A stretch of DNA of 63,326 nucleotides, the filler included. It is 9 parts of 9 records of this genome, joined end to end, with 100 filler letters (N's around TTAATTAATTAA, not from the genome) between each part and the next. Parts side by side here need not be neighbours in the genome. Positions count along the whole stretch, not along the records: positions 32,479 to 39,549 come from SRR31156797_60355; positions 39,650 to 44,830 come from SRR31156797_60449; positions 44,931 to 49,934 come from SRR31156797_60480; 6 more parts are not named here. One strand, 5' to 3'. The notes beneath the pieces were generated by a model. The model saw only the letters and a program-made list of their open reading frames with translations. It had not been told where the DNA came from and ran no database searches. Shown one piece after another: positions 38,796-48,392 of this stretch. Both the position numbers and the translations under genes were made by a program. Numbering within the stretch: the first letter of the stretch is position 1; each line of letters begins with the position of its first letter.

Positions 38796-39549
38796 CTAGG
38801 CTTTTTTTCTCATGGTAAATCCGATAAACAGGCAGATGGCAAGGCATACGACCACGGCCGCGATGCCGTGGGGCCCCACCCCTTTGGGGGAGCTTGCCAG
38901 CCCGAAATTGTGGGCAATGGCGGCCCCCGTTATCATGCCAAAGACAAATACGGCGGCGTCCCCGTCCCCTTCACCGGCCAGGAAGAGCTGACGTCCGGGG
39001 CACCCGCCCGCCAGGGCAAAGGCAAGCCCCGCAACCACCATCCCGGCAAAGTTCCACAGATGCATGGTGTGGGCCACGGGCTGGCCGGCAAATCCCGGAT
39101 GGAACTGGCCCAGCAGGAGGTTGGTGCCAAAGGCGAACACCAGAAGGGCGATAAATCCCGACAGCAGGTGAACCTGGCGGAACAGGATCAGGTCCCGTAA
39201 TGCCCCCATGGTGCAGAACCGGCTTCTCTGGGCCAGGAACCCAATGACCAGGGCGGCCCCGAGGGAGACCAGGATGGGCGCATGCATGGCCCCCGGGCCT
39301 TTGACGCTGTAGAAGAGCACCCCGTTTTTGGCCTGGGCTTCCCCCCCGGGATAGATGAGCATGAGCACAAGCAGGCCGACCATGAAAAGGGGCAGCATAA
39401 ACCCGGCAGCCCTGGGGTTTGCCTGGGTTCTGCCGAGGGTGTACCCGTTTTTCAGGAACTGCGTCCCGATAAAGATGCCGGTGGCAAGGCCGAGAAGCCC
39501 GACAATGGCGTTGCCGTCACCGCCGGCCAGGCGAAGCACGGCCCGCCAG
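38796..39549 (-). CDS. yedE: YedE/YeeE family putative sulfur/selenium transporter (5' truncated)
   Basis: LRLAGGD.NA, GPGAMHAP, QRSRFCTMG, GGCPGRQ; multiple TM segments. Confidence 0.88.
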
Positions 39550-39649
39550 NNNNNNNNNNNNNNNNNNNNNNNNNNNNNNNNNNNNNNNNNNNNTTAATTA
39601 ATTAANNNNNNNNNNNNNNNNNNNNNNNNNNNNNNNNNNNNNNNNNNNN
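39550..39649. other. Artificial contig spacer
   Basis: N run + TTAATTAATTAA + N run. Confidence 0.98.
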
Positions 39650-40900
39650 TTCATCTACTTCAACACCTTTAGGCGTTCCAGGACATTCGTCCAGATAGTC
39701 CGGTACGCCATCTCCATCCGAATCCAGGGGGCAGCCGCGTTTATCCACTTCGACCCCTTTGGGGGTTCCCGGACATTCATCAAGGTAATCCGGCACCCCA
39801 TCGCCGTCTGAATCCCTCAATGTGGCGGGATCCACAAACATCTGAGCAACAGCCCTTGAGAGTGCCCAGTCACAGCTGACATATAGTTCGGGAGAGATGT
39901 TGGTGGACTTGAAATTTCGTACCTGTTCCTGCAGGGTTTGGACCTGAAGGTTCAAGGTGCAACCCACATCATGAAAATTCCAGAAAAGATGAACATGGTC
40001 GATGGCAAGCTGAAGGATTTGCGGAGGACCTTCTATCATGAGCAGGTCCCTGTTTTCAAGGGCTTCTTCAAGTTTCCAATGGGCCTCTTTCCATTTTTCA
40101 GCGGTTGTGTTAAAAGTGAATACATTGGTTTTGGATTCGGTGATGGTAATGTTTTCCTTTTGAAGTTCAGTCTTCATGAGCTGTATCACAGCGTTTGGAG
40201 GGTCCTGGCCCGCGATTGAAAAATAGGTCGTCTTGCATCCGGGCTGATTATCTGAAAAGCGCCACCAATCAGAATCGGCTCCTGCCCTAGAGGGTGCCTT
40301 CTTTTCTTCCTTTTTCTTTGGGTTGACCTCCTTTTTTTCTTTGGGTTTGCCAGCACATTGATCTTTGTAGTCCGGGATTCCGTCCCCATCTGTGTCAAGC
40401 GGACATCCTTTACGGTCCACTGCAATCCCTCGAGGAGTTTCTGGACACTGGTCATTTGCGTCAAATACTCCATCTTGATCGGTATCCAGGGGACAACCAA
40501 CTTTATTAAGATCTGTAAAAAGGGTACCGGTGATATCACCGGAGCTATCTGTGCAAATTCCAAGCGCAAACACCGTGGCTGCATCGACATTTACGATTTT
40601 ACCACGATTCTTTAGTTCAGTTTGAAGTATCTCTATGGCAGCGTCCGCCCAACGGTGGTAATTGGCCCACCAGTCGTGGGTGTAGGCGCCGATAAAAATA
40701 TCTTTATCGATGGCTTGATTAACCAGGTTCACATATCTGTGGGTATTGAATTCGGGATTTAAAACTTTTTTGGCTGAAATGGGTTGGGCTTTCGGAATAT
40801 AGAAACGATCAGGGGTTCCCGCACAGCCTAAAAAAGCAATCAGCATGAAGAGGGACAAAAATTTGCACAATGTCTGGAATGTGTATTTGGGCATGATCAA
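39650..40900 (-). CDS. Lipoprotein with thrombospondin type 3 Ca-binding repeats (3' truncated; OmpA domain may follow)
   Basis: Lipobox AFLG-C; four D.DGDG(V/I)PD..D.C(P)-type repeats. Confidence 0.8.
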
Positions 40901-40964
40901 AAACCTTGTAAGAGTGTTTTGGGTCGCTCTTTCTTGATGTTTGAGTCGGTGTCAGAATATTCTC

Positions 40965-41693
40965 TTATCTTTCGTCTTCTAAATCTCGGATCACATCCTC
41001 GTTGGGAACCCATCGGCTTCCTTTTTCTTCGCATTCTTTCTTGTCTATGGCTTTTGGAAGCCAGGTGCCGCCCCGCTCTTCACATGCCCTTTTGTCCGCA
41101 GCCTCAGTCATCCATGTATTGCCCTGCTTTTCGCATGTGGGTTGGTCTATGGCGGGCATCCATTTTCCGCCATTTGCCTTACATTCTGTTCGATTATTAC
41201 CTGTCGCATTGTTGCAGGAGGCTTGTCCTACAGGATTGCCGAACTGGTCTTCACAAAAACCGACATCCCGCCTGCCGTCCTCGCCCATGCAAAACGCTTC
41301 ATCCGGTTTTCCGTCAGGTCCGATGCAGTAAGCACAGAAATAGGCTTCGCCGATAAGAAAAGGCCCGTCCCCCATGTTGACAAAGACGTGGCTCGCGCCC
41401 AATTCGGCGGCATTGTCCATAAGTTCATTGAGTGCGCCGGCATAAAATGTATCTCCCAGAAATCCCCAGGAAAAAACACAGCAATAGGGAAAGAGCGCGG
41501 AGCCCCTGACGTTTCCCAAAAAATCGCATTGATTGACAACTTTTCGGATTTGTTCAACATTGACCAGGTGAACTTGAGAAGCTCTCGTGGAAAGCGGCGG
41601 TCCGCAGGAAGTAAGTGTGATTAAAAGGAGGATAAGGAATAGAGCCAAAAGCCCTGTTTTAATTTTTAACGCCAAATTCTTATTATTCAGCAT
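40965..41693 (-). CDS. Cys-rich repeat lipoprotein (DUF4156-like N-terminal domain)
   Basis: Lipobox LTS-C; C.FLG.V.G…AAELGASHV…GEAYFC; four C-x3-G-x2-W repeats. Confidence 0.72.
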   Translation of the reverse strand: MLNNKNLALKIKTGLLALFLILLLITLTSCGPPLSTRASQVHLVNVEQIRKVVNQCDFLGNVRGSALFPYCCVFSWGFLGDTFYAGALNELMDNAAELGASHVFVNMGDGPFLIGEAYFCAYCIGPDGKPDEAFCMGEDGRRDVGFCEDQFGNPVGQASCNNATGNNRTECKANGGKWMPAIDQPTCEKQGNTWMTEAADKRACEERGGTWLPKAIDKKECEEKGSRWVPNEDVIRDLEDER

Positions 41694-41836
41694 AGAGCCC
41701 TCTCAAAATTCCTAGCAGATAAATGTATTGACAGATTTGCATTTGGAAGTTTACGACTCATGGTATCACCCACCGGAAACATTGGGCAATTATGGCCTAA
41801 CATGCATTACATGTCAACAAACCTGTCCTGATAAAT

Positions 41837-42934
41837 TCAAAGACTCGGAATGCTCCCGTATATGGGAAGATGAACCGCATCGCTGATATCTTTTTCGTGC
41901 CGAATAGGCCCTTTCAAGAAATCAAAAATCAGTATTATGGCGACTCCAACCGCAAGGGACATCATGATGCCCACCAAAAGAACTTTTTGTTTGGCGCTTT
42001 TTGAAGGACGAAGTGGGATCATGGGGGCGCTTAAGACTCGGATATTCACCAAAACACCGGCTTCCCTTACCTTGGCCTCGAGATAAATGCGATCCAAACG
42101 GTCGTAATGCTCCTTGGCCATTTCATAATTGGACAAAAGCGTATCCAGTTGGGCTTGAATCTCCGTATCAGGCGTCATTTTTAAATCCGCTGGGATCTGA
42201 TAGTGATTTCGGAATTTGACCAATTCCTGCTCGGACTTATCCAAGGTTTGTTTAGCAGCGTTTCTCTGTTCCATTGTAAAATTGATTTTTCCTTGAACGC
42301 CTTCTTTGTTTTCCTCCAAGTTCATGGCCAATAGAACATCCAAATAACTTTTTACCAGTATAGGTGCCAGATTTTTTTCAAGGGTTGCGCCGGTGATCCA
42401 GATCATGGCAATACCGGAATTAACCCGGATGCCGACCCGTTTCTCCAATTCCTGCAAATGTCTGTTGTCTTCATCCGTTGTAGAACCGGGAAGCTCTTTT
42501 TTGTCGTCGGATTTCTTGCTTCTGCCGAGGATCGTTTTGGCCAGGTTCCGAAGTCCGGCCAAGATCTGGGATCGCAGATCAAGTGGGAGTTTCAGATCCT
42601 GTTTCACGTCATCGGGTAGAATTTTTAAAACCTCTTTTGCAAAGGACTTGCTCTTGAGTTTTTCTTCCACCGCGAGAACATAGCCCGCCGAAGCTTTTCT
42701 GGGAGACATGGTCCCCTGGCGTATGGATGCCGCTTCATTGAAAGGTTCTTCAATTTGAAGGGCGGCTTCGCTGATGAACTGGGGTTTGATAAAGGAAGAG
42801 AGGAGCAGCGTAATCAAGAGGCCCGCTACAAAAAAAATGATGATAATCCATTTGTTTTCCAGAAGCGGAATGCCGAATTTGGCGATATAAAAGGAAACGT
42901 CAAGTTTCTTGGTGGTTTCTTTTTTTTCTTCCAT
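41837..42934 (-). CDS. Polysaccharide co-polymerase (Wzz/GumC-like)
   Basis: Two TM segments flanking a coiled coil, Pro-rich motif before TM2, C-terminal LPIYGSIP. Confidence 0.85.
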   Translation of the reverse strand: MEEKKETTKKLDVSFYIAKFGIPLLENKWIIIIFFVAGLLITLLLSSFIKPQFISEAALQIEEPFNEAASIRQGTMSPRKASAGYVLAVEEKLKSKSFAKEVLKILPDDVKQDLKLPLDLRSQILAGLRNLAKTILGRSKKSDDKKELPGSTTDEDNRHLQELEKRVGIRVNSGIAMIWITGATLEKNLAPILVKSYLDVLLAMNLEENKEGVQGKINFTMEQRNAAKQTLDKSEQELVKFRNHYQIPADLKMTPDTEIQAQLDTLLSNYEMAKEHYDRLDRIYLEAKVREAGVLVNIRVLSAPMIPLRPSKSAKQKVLLVGIMMSLAVGVAIILIFDFLKGPIRHEKDISDAVHLPIYGSIPSL

Positions 42935-42947
42935 TGTTTCAGCCCAA

Positions 42948-44252
42948 CTAAAATTGGCGATTGTAGACGATACCGTCTATTTTTCCGCCATCACGGGTGA
43001 TGGCCTCAACGCTGTCTGTTATCTGCTCTGATGAGGTCCGTTTGTCCTGAACCACCATGACGACCATGTCGCAGGTGAAGGATAAAAAAATCGGGTCCAC
43101 ATTGTTTCTGTTTTTGTTGAGTACGGGCGATGAGTCCATCAGGATCAGATCATATCCAGCTTTCATTTCCTGAAACATCTTTTCCATGAAATCCGGTGTC
43201 ATTTTAAGGTATAGTTCATTATCCCAGCTGCCGGCTGTGATCACCTTCAGTTCAGAAAAACCCGTATCTTTGACGGCATCCTGCCAGGTCAAAGAGCCGG
43301 AAACAACCTCCGTAAATCCCTGCTCCCGCTCCAGCCCGAAAGGGATGTGGAGCTGTGGCCTGCGCATATTTAAATCCACCAGCAGGGTTTTCATCTGTGT
43401 AAAATAGGCGATATTGAAACCGAGCAGGCTGATCAGAAAGGTATTCCCTGCATCGTCATGGGGAGTGACAAATACAATGGTTTTGTCGTTGGATTTTTCA
43501 AGAACATTGACGATATTTTCCCTGATGCGGTTCACTTCCGAATATACGCACCCGGCTTTCAGCCGGGCGGCGGAAAGGGCTCTGGCTGCTGCCTGGGGAT
43601 CTGTGGATGGCGGTGCTCCGTTTTTCTTTCCCGGTGTTTTGATTTTACCGAAGAGGTCTTTGGCAAAGGCGTTTGCCTTGTCAGAGAGGCTTGAAACCTT
43701 TTTCAAGCTCTTAACGAGAGATGGTTTTGCAGGAGGCTTTTTAAAAGATTTACCGGGTGCTGTTTTGGGTGCGTGCGCCTCCTTTATTTTAACTTTGCGA
43801 TCATCGGAAGGTGTTGTTTCGGGGGGTTCAGCCGGCAGTGGTGTTTTTTCGATTTCAGATGTTGCATCCTTCGAGGAAGGATAGGCTTTTTTTACACTGA
43901 TGTAGTCTGTATCGACGCCGTTTAAAGAAACGAGGTCTTCTGACTGCGGTGCCTTTACCGGCTCAACAGTACCCCCGGAGATGTCGGCAATGTCAAAACC
44001 TCCCATTCGGTTGAATTCATCAAAAACAACCCCCTCTTCATCCTTTTTCACAGGCTTCCGAAGGACATTGATGGCTTCCATGTCGATCCCTTCAAAGGGG
44101 TCCACATCAATGGGCTTTGGAATGGATCCAAACAAGTCCTTGGTGGTTACTTTGCCGTCGCTACTGCTCTCTGTCGGCTTCTCTCCGGACAATTTCGATG
44201 ACCTCCTCTGCCAGCGCAGCGTGATCTTTTGCCCCATATTTGCTCGGATCAA
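42948..44252 (-). CDS. CpsD/CapB-like tyrosine kinase-fold protein with long low-complexity N-terminus (start uncertain; ATG at 44081 is an alternative)
   Basis: LLVDLNMRRPQLH, YDLILMDSSP, GIVYN; degenerate Walker A. Confidence 0.75.
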   Translation of the reverse strand: MIRANMGQKITLRWQRRSSKLSGEKPTESSSDGKVTTKDLFGSIPKPIDVDPFEGIDMEAINVLRKPVKKDEEGVVFDEFNRMGGFDIADISGGTVEPVKAPQSEDLVSLNGVDTDYISVKKAYPSSKDATSEIEKTPLPAEPPETTPSDDRKVKIKEAHAPKTAPGKSFKKPPAKPSLVKSLKKVSSLSDKANAFAKDLFGKIKTPGKKNGAPPSTDPQAAARALSAARLKAGCVYSEVNRIRENIVNVLEKSNDKTIVFVTPHDDAGNTFLISLLGFNIAYFTQMKTLLVDLNMRRPQLHIPFGLEREQGFTEVVSGSLTWQDAVKDTGFSELKVITAGSWDNELYLKMTPDFMEKMFQEMKAGYDLILMDSSPVLNKNRNNVDPIFLSFTCDMVVMVVQDKRTSSEQITDSVEAITRDGGKIDGIVYNRQF

Positions 44253-44829
44253 ACTCGAATATGGTTTTTCGTTTCATATGGGCCCTGTCAATGTCAATAT
44301 TGATCCGTATGGTTGTTTCAAAAACATTAATCCCTTTGGCATCAAAAAAGTGGATAATTCTGTCACGGTTTTTGACATAAATGTTGGCCCGAGAGTCATA
44401 TTTGGTCAGAAGTACGCCCATTAATTTCAATTTACCGTTCTGGCTGCGCATATTCTGCAATATTCGAAGGAAGGTGGCCAGCCCATCCAGGGCGAATTGG
44501 TCGGAGGTGGGTATGGGAATAATGGCGTAGTCGGATATCATAAGTGAGTTGTTTACCATGCAACCGATATTGGGCGGCGTGTCAATCAGCACAAAATCAT
44601 ATTTGTGAAGCCCTTTATCGTTTCGGGTGAGTCTTAAAAACCCCAGGATTGAATCCGGCGTATTGGCAGCAGTTCTTTCCCAGAGCATGCAACGGATGGT
44701 ATTGGGGATAATGTCCACATTATCATTGGAGGTGCCGCAGGCCATTGAAGACATGTCTGTTTCTCCGATTGGAGCTTCCAATGCCTTTACCAGCGAAAAT
44801 TGTTCTCTCAGAGCGATCTCTTTTAAAAG
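44161..44829 (-). CDS. ParA/Soj family ATPase (5' truncated)
   Basis: YDFVLIDTPP, IIPI…FALDGL, GVLLTKYD.R, F.T.IR. Confidence 0.88.
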   Translation of the reverse strand, partial: LLKEIALREQFSLVKALEAPIGETDMSSMACGTSNDNVDIIPNTIRCMLWERTAANTPDSILGFLRLTRNDKGLHKYDFVLIDTPPNIGCMVNNSLMISDYAIIPIPTSDQFALDGLATFLRILQNMRSQNGKLKLMGVLLTKYDSRANIYVKNRDRIIHFFDAKGINVFETTIRINIDIDRAHMKRKTIFEFDPSKYGAKDHAALAEEVIEIVRREADREQ

Positions 44830-44830
44830 A

Positions 44831-44930
44831 NNNNNNNNNNNNNNNNNNNNNNNNNNNNNNNNNNNNNNNNNNNNTTAATTAATTAANNNNNNNNNNNNNN
44901 NNNNNNNNNNNNNNNNNNNNNNNNNNNNNN
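44831..44930. other. Artificial contig spacer
   Basis: N run + TTAATTAATTAA + N run. Confidence 0.98.
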
Positions 44931-45194
44931 GGTTTCATTTATATCAAGCAGAATCCGCGTAGTTGTAAGATCCACTCTCTCACCACCTGCATGACGGAGA
45001 TTGACTGTGTCCGAATTAACGTCTACCCAGGCCTGTATATCTGCATGAACCTGTTCCTGTGGATCTGCATACGAAAATATGGTCACCGCGATAACAGAAA
45101 ATATAAGTACAGCAATTGCTGTGAGCAGTATTTCACCGATAATTTCGGAGACTGCTTCGGTGTTATCGATAAATGTACTTTTTTGAATGACCAT
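44931..45194 (-). CDS. Archaeal type IV pilin (DUF1628-like; 3' truncated)
   Basis: Class III signal A|VSEIIGEILLTAI followed by a hydrophobic helix; H.GGE motif. Confidence 0.85.
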
Positions 45195-45540
45195 GGGAAT
45201 CTGTTGAGTCTGTTATATTTCTGTTATTGGAGTTGTTGTCAAAGCAAGCGCTTCTCTAAAACTGTGATCAAAGAAATTATTTGCAAAGAAAGCTTGTAAT
45301 ATCTTTGCACCAATGAGCTAGCCTTACTATACAATTATTGTTATGCATATATAAAAAGTATGGTATTAATTTTGGATACGTAACATAGAGAGAATATATT
45401 TCTTTCCGTAACAATATCAGGTTTTATTTTTATTTTCTAACAAAACGTTTTCATAAATTTTAAGTATATTCTGCGAGTTTAATTAATTCTTAAAAACTTG
45501 CAGATATCAGAAACCTGCCGTTAAATAAGGAAGATAAACA

Positions 45541-46506
45541 ATGGTTGTAAAAAAAGATCTTTCAGGACTCCGTATACTTGTCACTGGTGGAACCGGATTT
45601 ATTGGAAGTCATGTAACTGACAGACTTATGGAAATGGGAAATAAAGTCACTGTTTTTGATAATATGAGTTCAGGAAGAATGGAATTTATAAAACATCACC
45701 TAAACAATCCGGATTTTGAATTGACAGAGGGAGACCTGCTGGACACCAGAGCCATTGAAAATGCCTGCAAAGGAATAGATTTTGTATTCCATATTGCCGC
45801 AAACCCTGATGTTCGCCTGGGAGTAAGTGACACAAAGGTTCATTTTGATCAGAATATAACGGCTACCTACAACTTACTGGAAGCTATGCGTAAAAACGAT
45901 GTAAAGGGCCTGGCTTTCACATCCACTTCAGCTGTCTATGGAGAAGCGACAATAATACCCACGCCTGAGAACTATGGGCCTTTGATACCAATTTCACTTT
46001 ACGGTGCATCCAAGCTTGCATGCGAGGGACTGATTACCTCATATTCACATACCTTCAACATGAATTCCTGGATTTTCCGTTTTGCAAATATAATAGGTGA
46101 CAGAGGAACACACGGCATAATTGTTGATTTCATTGAGAAGCTCAGAAATAATCCCAGGGAGCTTGAGATACTTGGTGATGGAAAACAATCCAAATCATAC
46201 CTCCATGTAAGGGAATGTGTGGATGCTATGGTATTCTCGATAACAAATACAGGAGCTGAAGTCAACATCTTTAACATTGGATCTGAAGATGCTACAAATC
46301 CTACGCTTATCGGTGAGATAATAGTTGAAGAGATGGAACTGGATTATGTCAAGTTTAATTATACTGGTGGCTCAAGGGGATGGAAAGGAGATGTCCCTAA
46401 AATGATGCTGAGCATTGATGAACTTAAAGCCCTTGGATGGAAGAATGAGTGGGAATCTGAAAGAAGTGTCAGGGAAACTGTGAAGGTGCTTTTAAATAGT
46501 AAATGA
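45541..46506 (+). CDS. NAD-dependent epimerase/dehydratase (GalE-like)
   Basis: GGTGFIG, HIAANPDVR, STSAVYG, YGASK. Confidence 0.92.
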   Translation: MVVKKDLSGLRILVTGGTGFIGSHVTDRLMEMGNKVTVFDNMSSGRMEFIKHHLNNPDFELTEGDLLDTRAIENACKGIDFVFHIAANPDVRLGVSDTKVHFDQNITATYNLLEAMRKNDVKGLAFTSTSAVYGEATIIPTPENYGPLIPISLYGASKLACEGLITSYSHTFNMNSWIFRFANIIGDRGTHGIIVDFIEKLRNNPRELEILGDGKQSKSYLHVRECVDAMVFSITNTGAEVNIFNIGSEDATNPTLIGEIIVEEMELDYVKFNYTGGSRGWKGDVPKMMLSIDELKALGWKNEWESERSVRETVKVLLNSK

Positions 46507-46523
46507 ATTCAATAAGGTGTAAC

Positions 46524-47900
46524 ATGAAATCTCTAATACTTGCCGGCGGTAGTGGTACGCGGCTCTGGCCGCTTAGTCGTGAGGAAGATCCTAAACAATT
46601 CCTCAAACTTGGTGAGAAATCGCTTTTCCAGGAGACTTTTATTCGCTGTCTTGAAATATCCAAAGCTGATGAAATATTTGTTGTAACCAATAAGCAGCAG
46701 AGGTTCTTTGTAGGTGGCCAGGTGGAAGAACTGGGCTATGAGATACCAGCTGAGAATCTCCTTGTCGAACCGGTGGGTAAGAATACACTCCCTGCTATCA
46801 CCTACGGTATGAAAGCAATTAAAGGAAAATATGGTCCTTGTGATGTTGCAATCTTTTCATCGGATCACGTACTTGACACTGAGGCTATGAAAGTAATAGA
46901 AAATGCAGAGGAACTTTCCAAAGAATATCTTGTCACCTTTGGTATAGCTCCGGGGTATCCAAACACCGGATATGGCTACATCAAACCTGCAGAATCTATT
47001 GGGATCGGATATAAAGTTGCAGAATTCAGGGAAAAGCCGAATATTGATACTGCACGCAAATATATCGATGATGGGTGTTTCTGGAATAGCGGCATGTTTC
47101 TGTTTAATACTGAACTTTTCTTTAGTGAATTGAAAGACCAGTCGCCTGATATCCACAAATTGTTTAGTGATTCCGATGATCTTAAGGGAATTTTCAGAGA
47201 TGTTGAGTCTATATCTGTAGATTATGGAATTATGGAGCATTCTGATAAAGTGGCAGTAGTGAAACTGGACTTTAAGTGGAGCGACCTTGGAGATTTCTCT
47301 GCAATTTATAAGGAATTTGATAAAAATGGTGATGACAATGTCATCAATAATTCAGACGCAGCTTTTATAGGTTCTAAAGGAAATCTTGTGCATTCAAAAT
47401 CCGGGAAACTTGTTTCTCTTATTGATATAAATGATCTTGTTGTCATTGACACAGCAGATGCACTAATGATATGCCCTATGAAAAGCACTCCAAAAGTAAA
47501 AGACGTTGTTAACGATCTTAAAGCCAAAAATGACGAACGTACCAAGTTAGGTCAGACAGTTTACAGGCCATGGGGAACATATACAGTGCTTGAGAATAGC
47601 GGCAATCATGTCATAAAGAATATTACTGTACTACCTGACAAAAAGCTGAGTCTTCAGATGCACTATCATAGAAGTGAACACTGGGTAGTCGTTAAAGGTA
47701 TGGCATGTGTTCAGGTTAATGATAAAAAGTTCTTTGTCAGGCCAGGGGAGAGTACATTTATCAGGGCAGGCGAGAAGCACAGGCTTTCAAATCCAAGCAA
47801 GGTGCCTCTGGAGATTATTGAGGTTCAATTGGGAGAGTATGTGGACGAGAGTGATATTGTTAGGTTTGACGATGATTTTGGCAGGGAGACGAAGAAATAG
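46524..47900 (+). CDS. manC: Mannose-1-phosphate guanylyltransferase/mannose-6-phosphate isomerase
   Basis: LAGGSGTRLWPLSR..PKQF, WNSG, WSDLG, RPWG, SLQMHYHRSEHW. Confidence 0.95.
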   Translation: MKSLILAGGSGTRLWPLSREEDPKQFLKLGEKSLFQETFIRCLEISKADEIFVVTNKQQRFFVGGQVEELGYEIPAENLLVEPVGKNTLPAITYGMKAIKGKYGPCDVAIFSSDHVLDTEAMKVIENAEELSKEYLVTFGIAPGYPNTGYGYIKPAESIGIGYKVAEFREKPNIDTARKYIDDGCFWNSGMFLFNTELFFSELKDQSPDIHKLFSDSDDLKGIFRDVESISVDYGIMEHSDKVAVVKLDFKWSDLGDFSAIYKEFDKNGDDNVINNSDAAFIGSKGNLVHSKSGKLVSLIDINDLVVIDTADALMICPMKSTPKVKDVVNDLKAKNDERTKLGQTVYRPWGTYTVLENSGNHVIKNITVLPDKKLSLQMHYHRSEHWVVVKGMACVQVNDKKFFVRPGESTFIRAGEKHRLSNPSKVPLEIIEVQLGEYVDESDIVRFDDDFGRETKK

Positions 47901-48199
47901 TTCTGTCTTTTCAGGGTTAACCCCATGTTTTCTTTTTAGGGTAACTTTTTGATTATGTTTCTTCTTTGCAGGCTCCTGTTTATACAGCTATAACAATGTA
48001 AAAGTACTTACTTAAATCTTAAAGTAGATGCTTTTTTATCTATTTTGTCCTGTATGGCCTATGATGAGCAGATGTTCCAGCTATTGAACTATCAATAGTC
48101 TTTTTGAAGAAAAAATCTTACCTATGGGTTTGCCTTTCATTATTTTTCTGAACAAATATGTTTTTATCAGCCACAAGCAAGCAGTTTCATTTACCAAAC

Positions 48200-48207
48200 T
48201 TTAAATA
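48200..48207 (+). promoter_or_regulatory. Putative archaeal TATA box
   Basis: TTTAAATA preceded by a BRE-like CCAAA, about 70 nt upstream of the small ORF/symporter operon. Confidence 0.4.
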
Positions 48208-48275
48208 TAGTGCTATGCTAACGGATGATATATTAAAATTATCATCATTTATAGTAACAAATGGAAGGATAAAAC

Positions 48276-48392
48276 ATGCTTGGAATAGATGACCCGCAAA
48301 TATGGGTTGCTTATGTGTTATGTTTTGTAAGTGCCATTGGATGTATAATCTATGGCATTTTGCACTGGAACGATAAAGAGGAAGATTGCTGA
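48276..48392 (+). CDS. Small (38 aa) single-TM symporter accessory protein, absent from the ORF track
   Basis: Translated by hand: MLGIDDPQIWVAYVLCFVSAIGCIIYGILHWNDKEEDC*; RBS-like GGAAGGA; TGATG overlap with the symporter. Confidence 0.85.
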   Translation: MLGIDDPQIWVAYVLCFVSAIGCIIYGILHWNDKEEDC

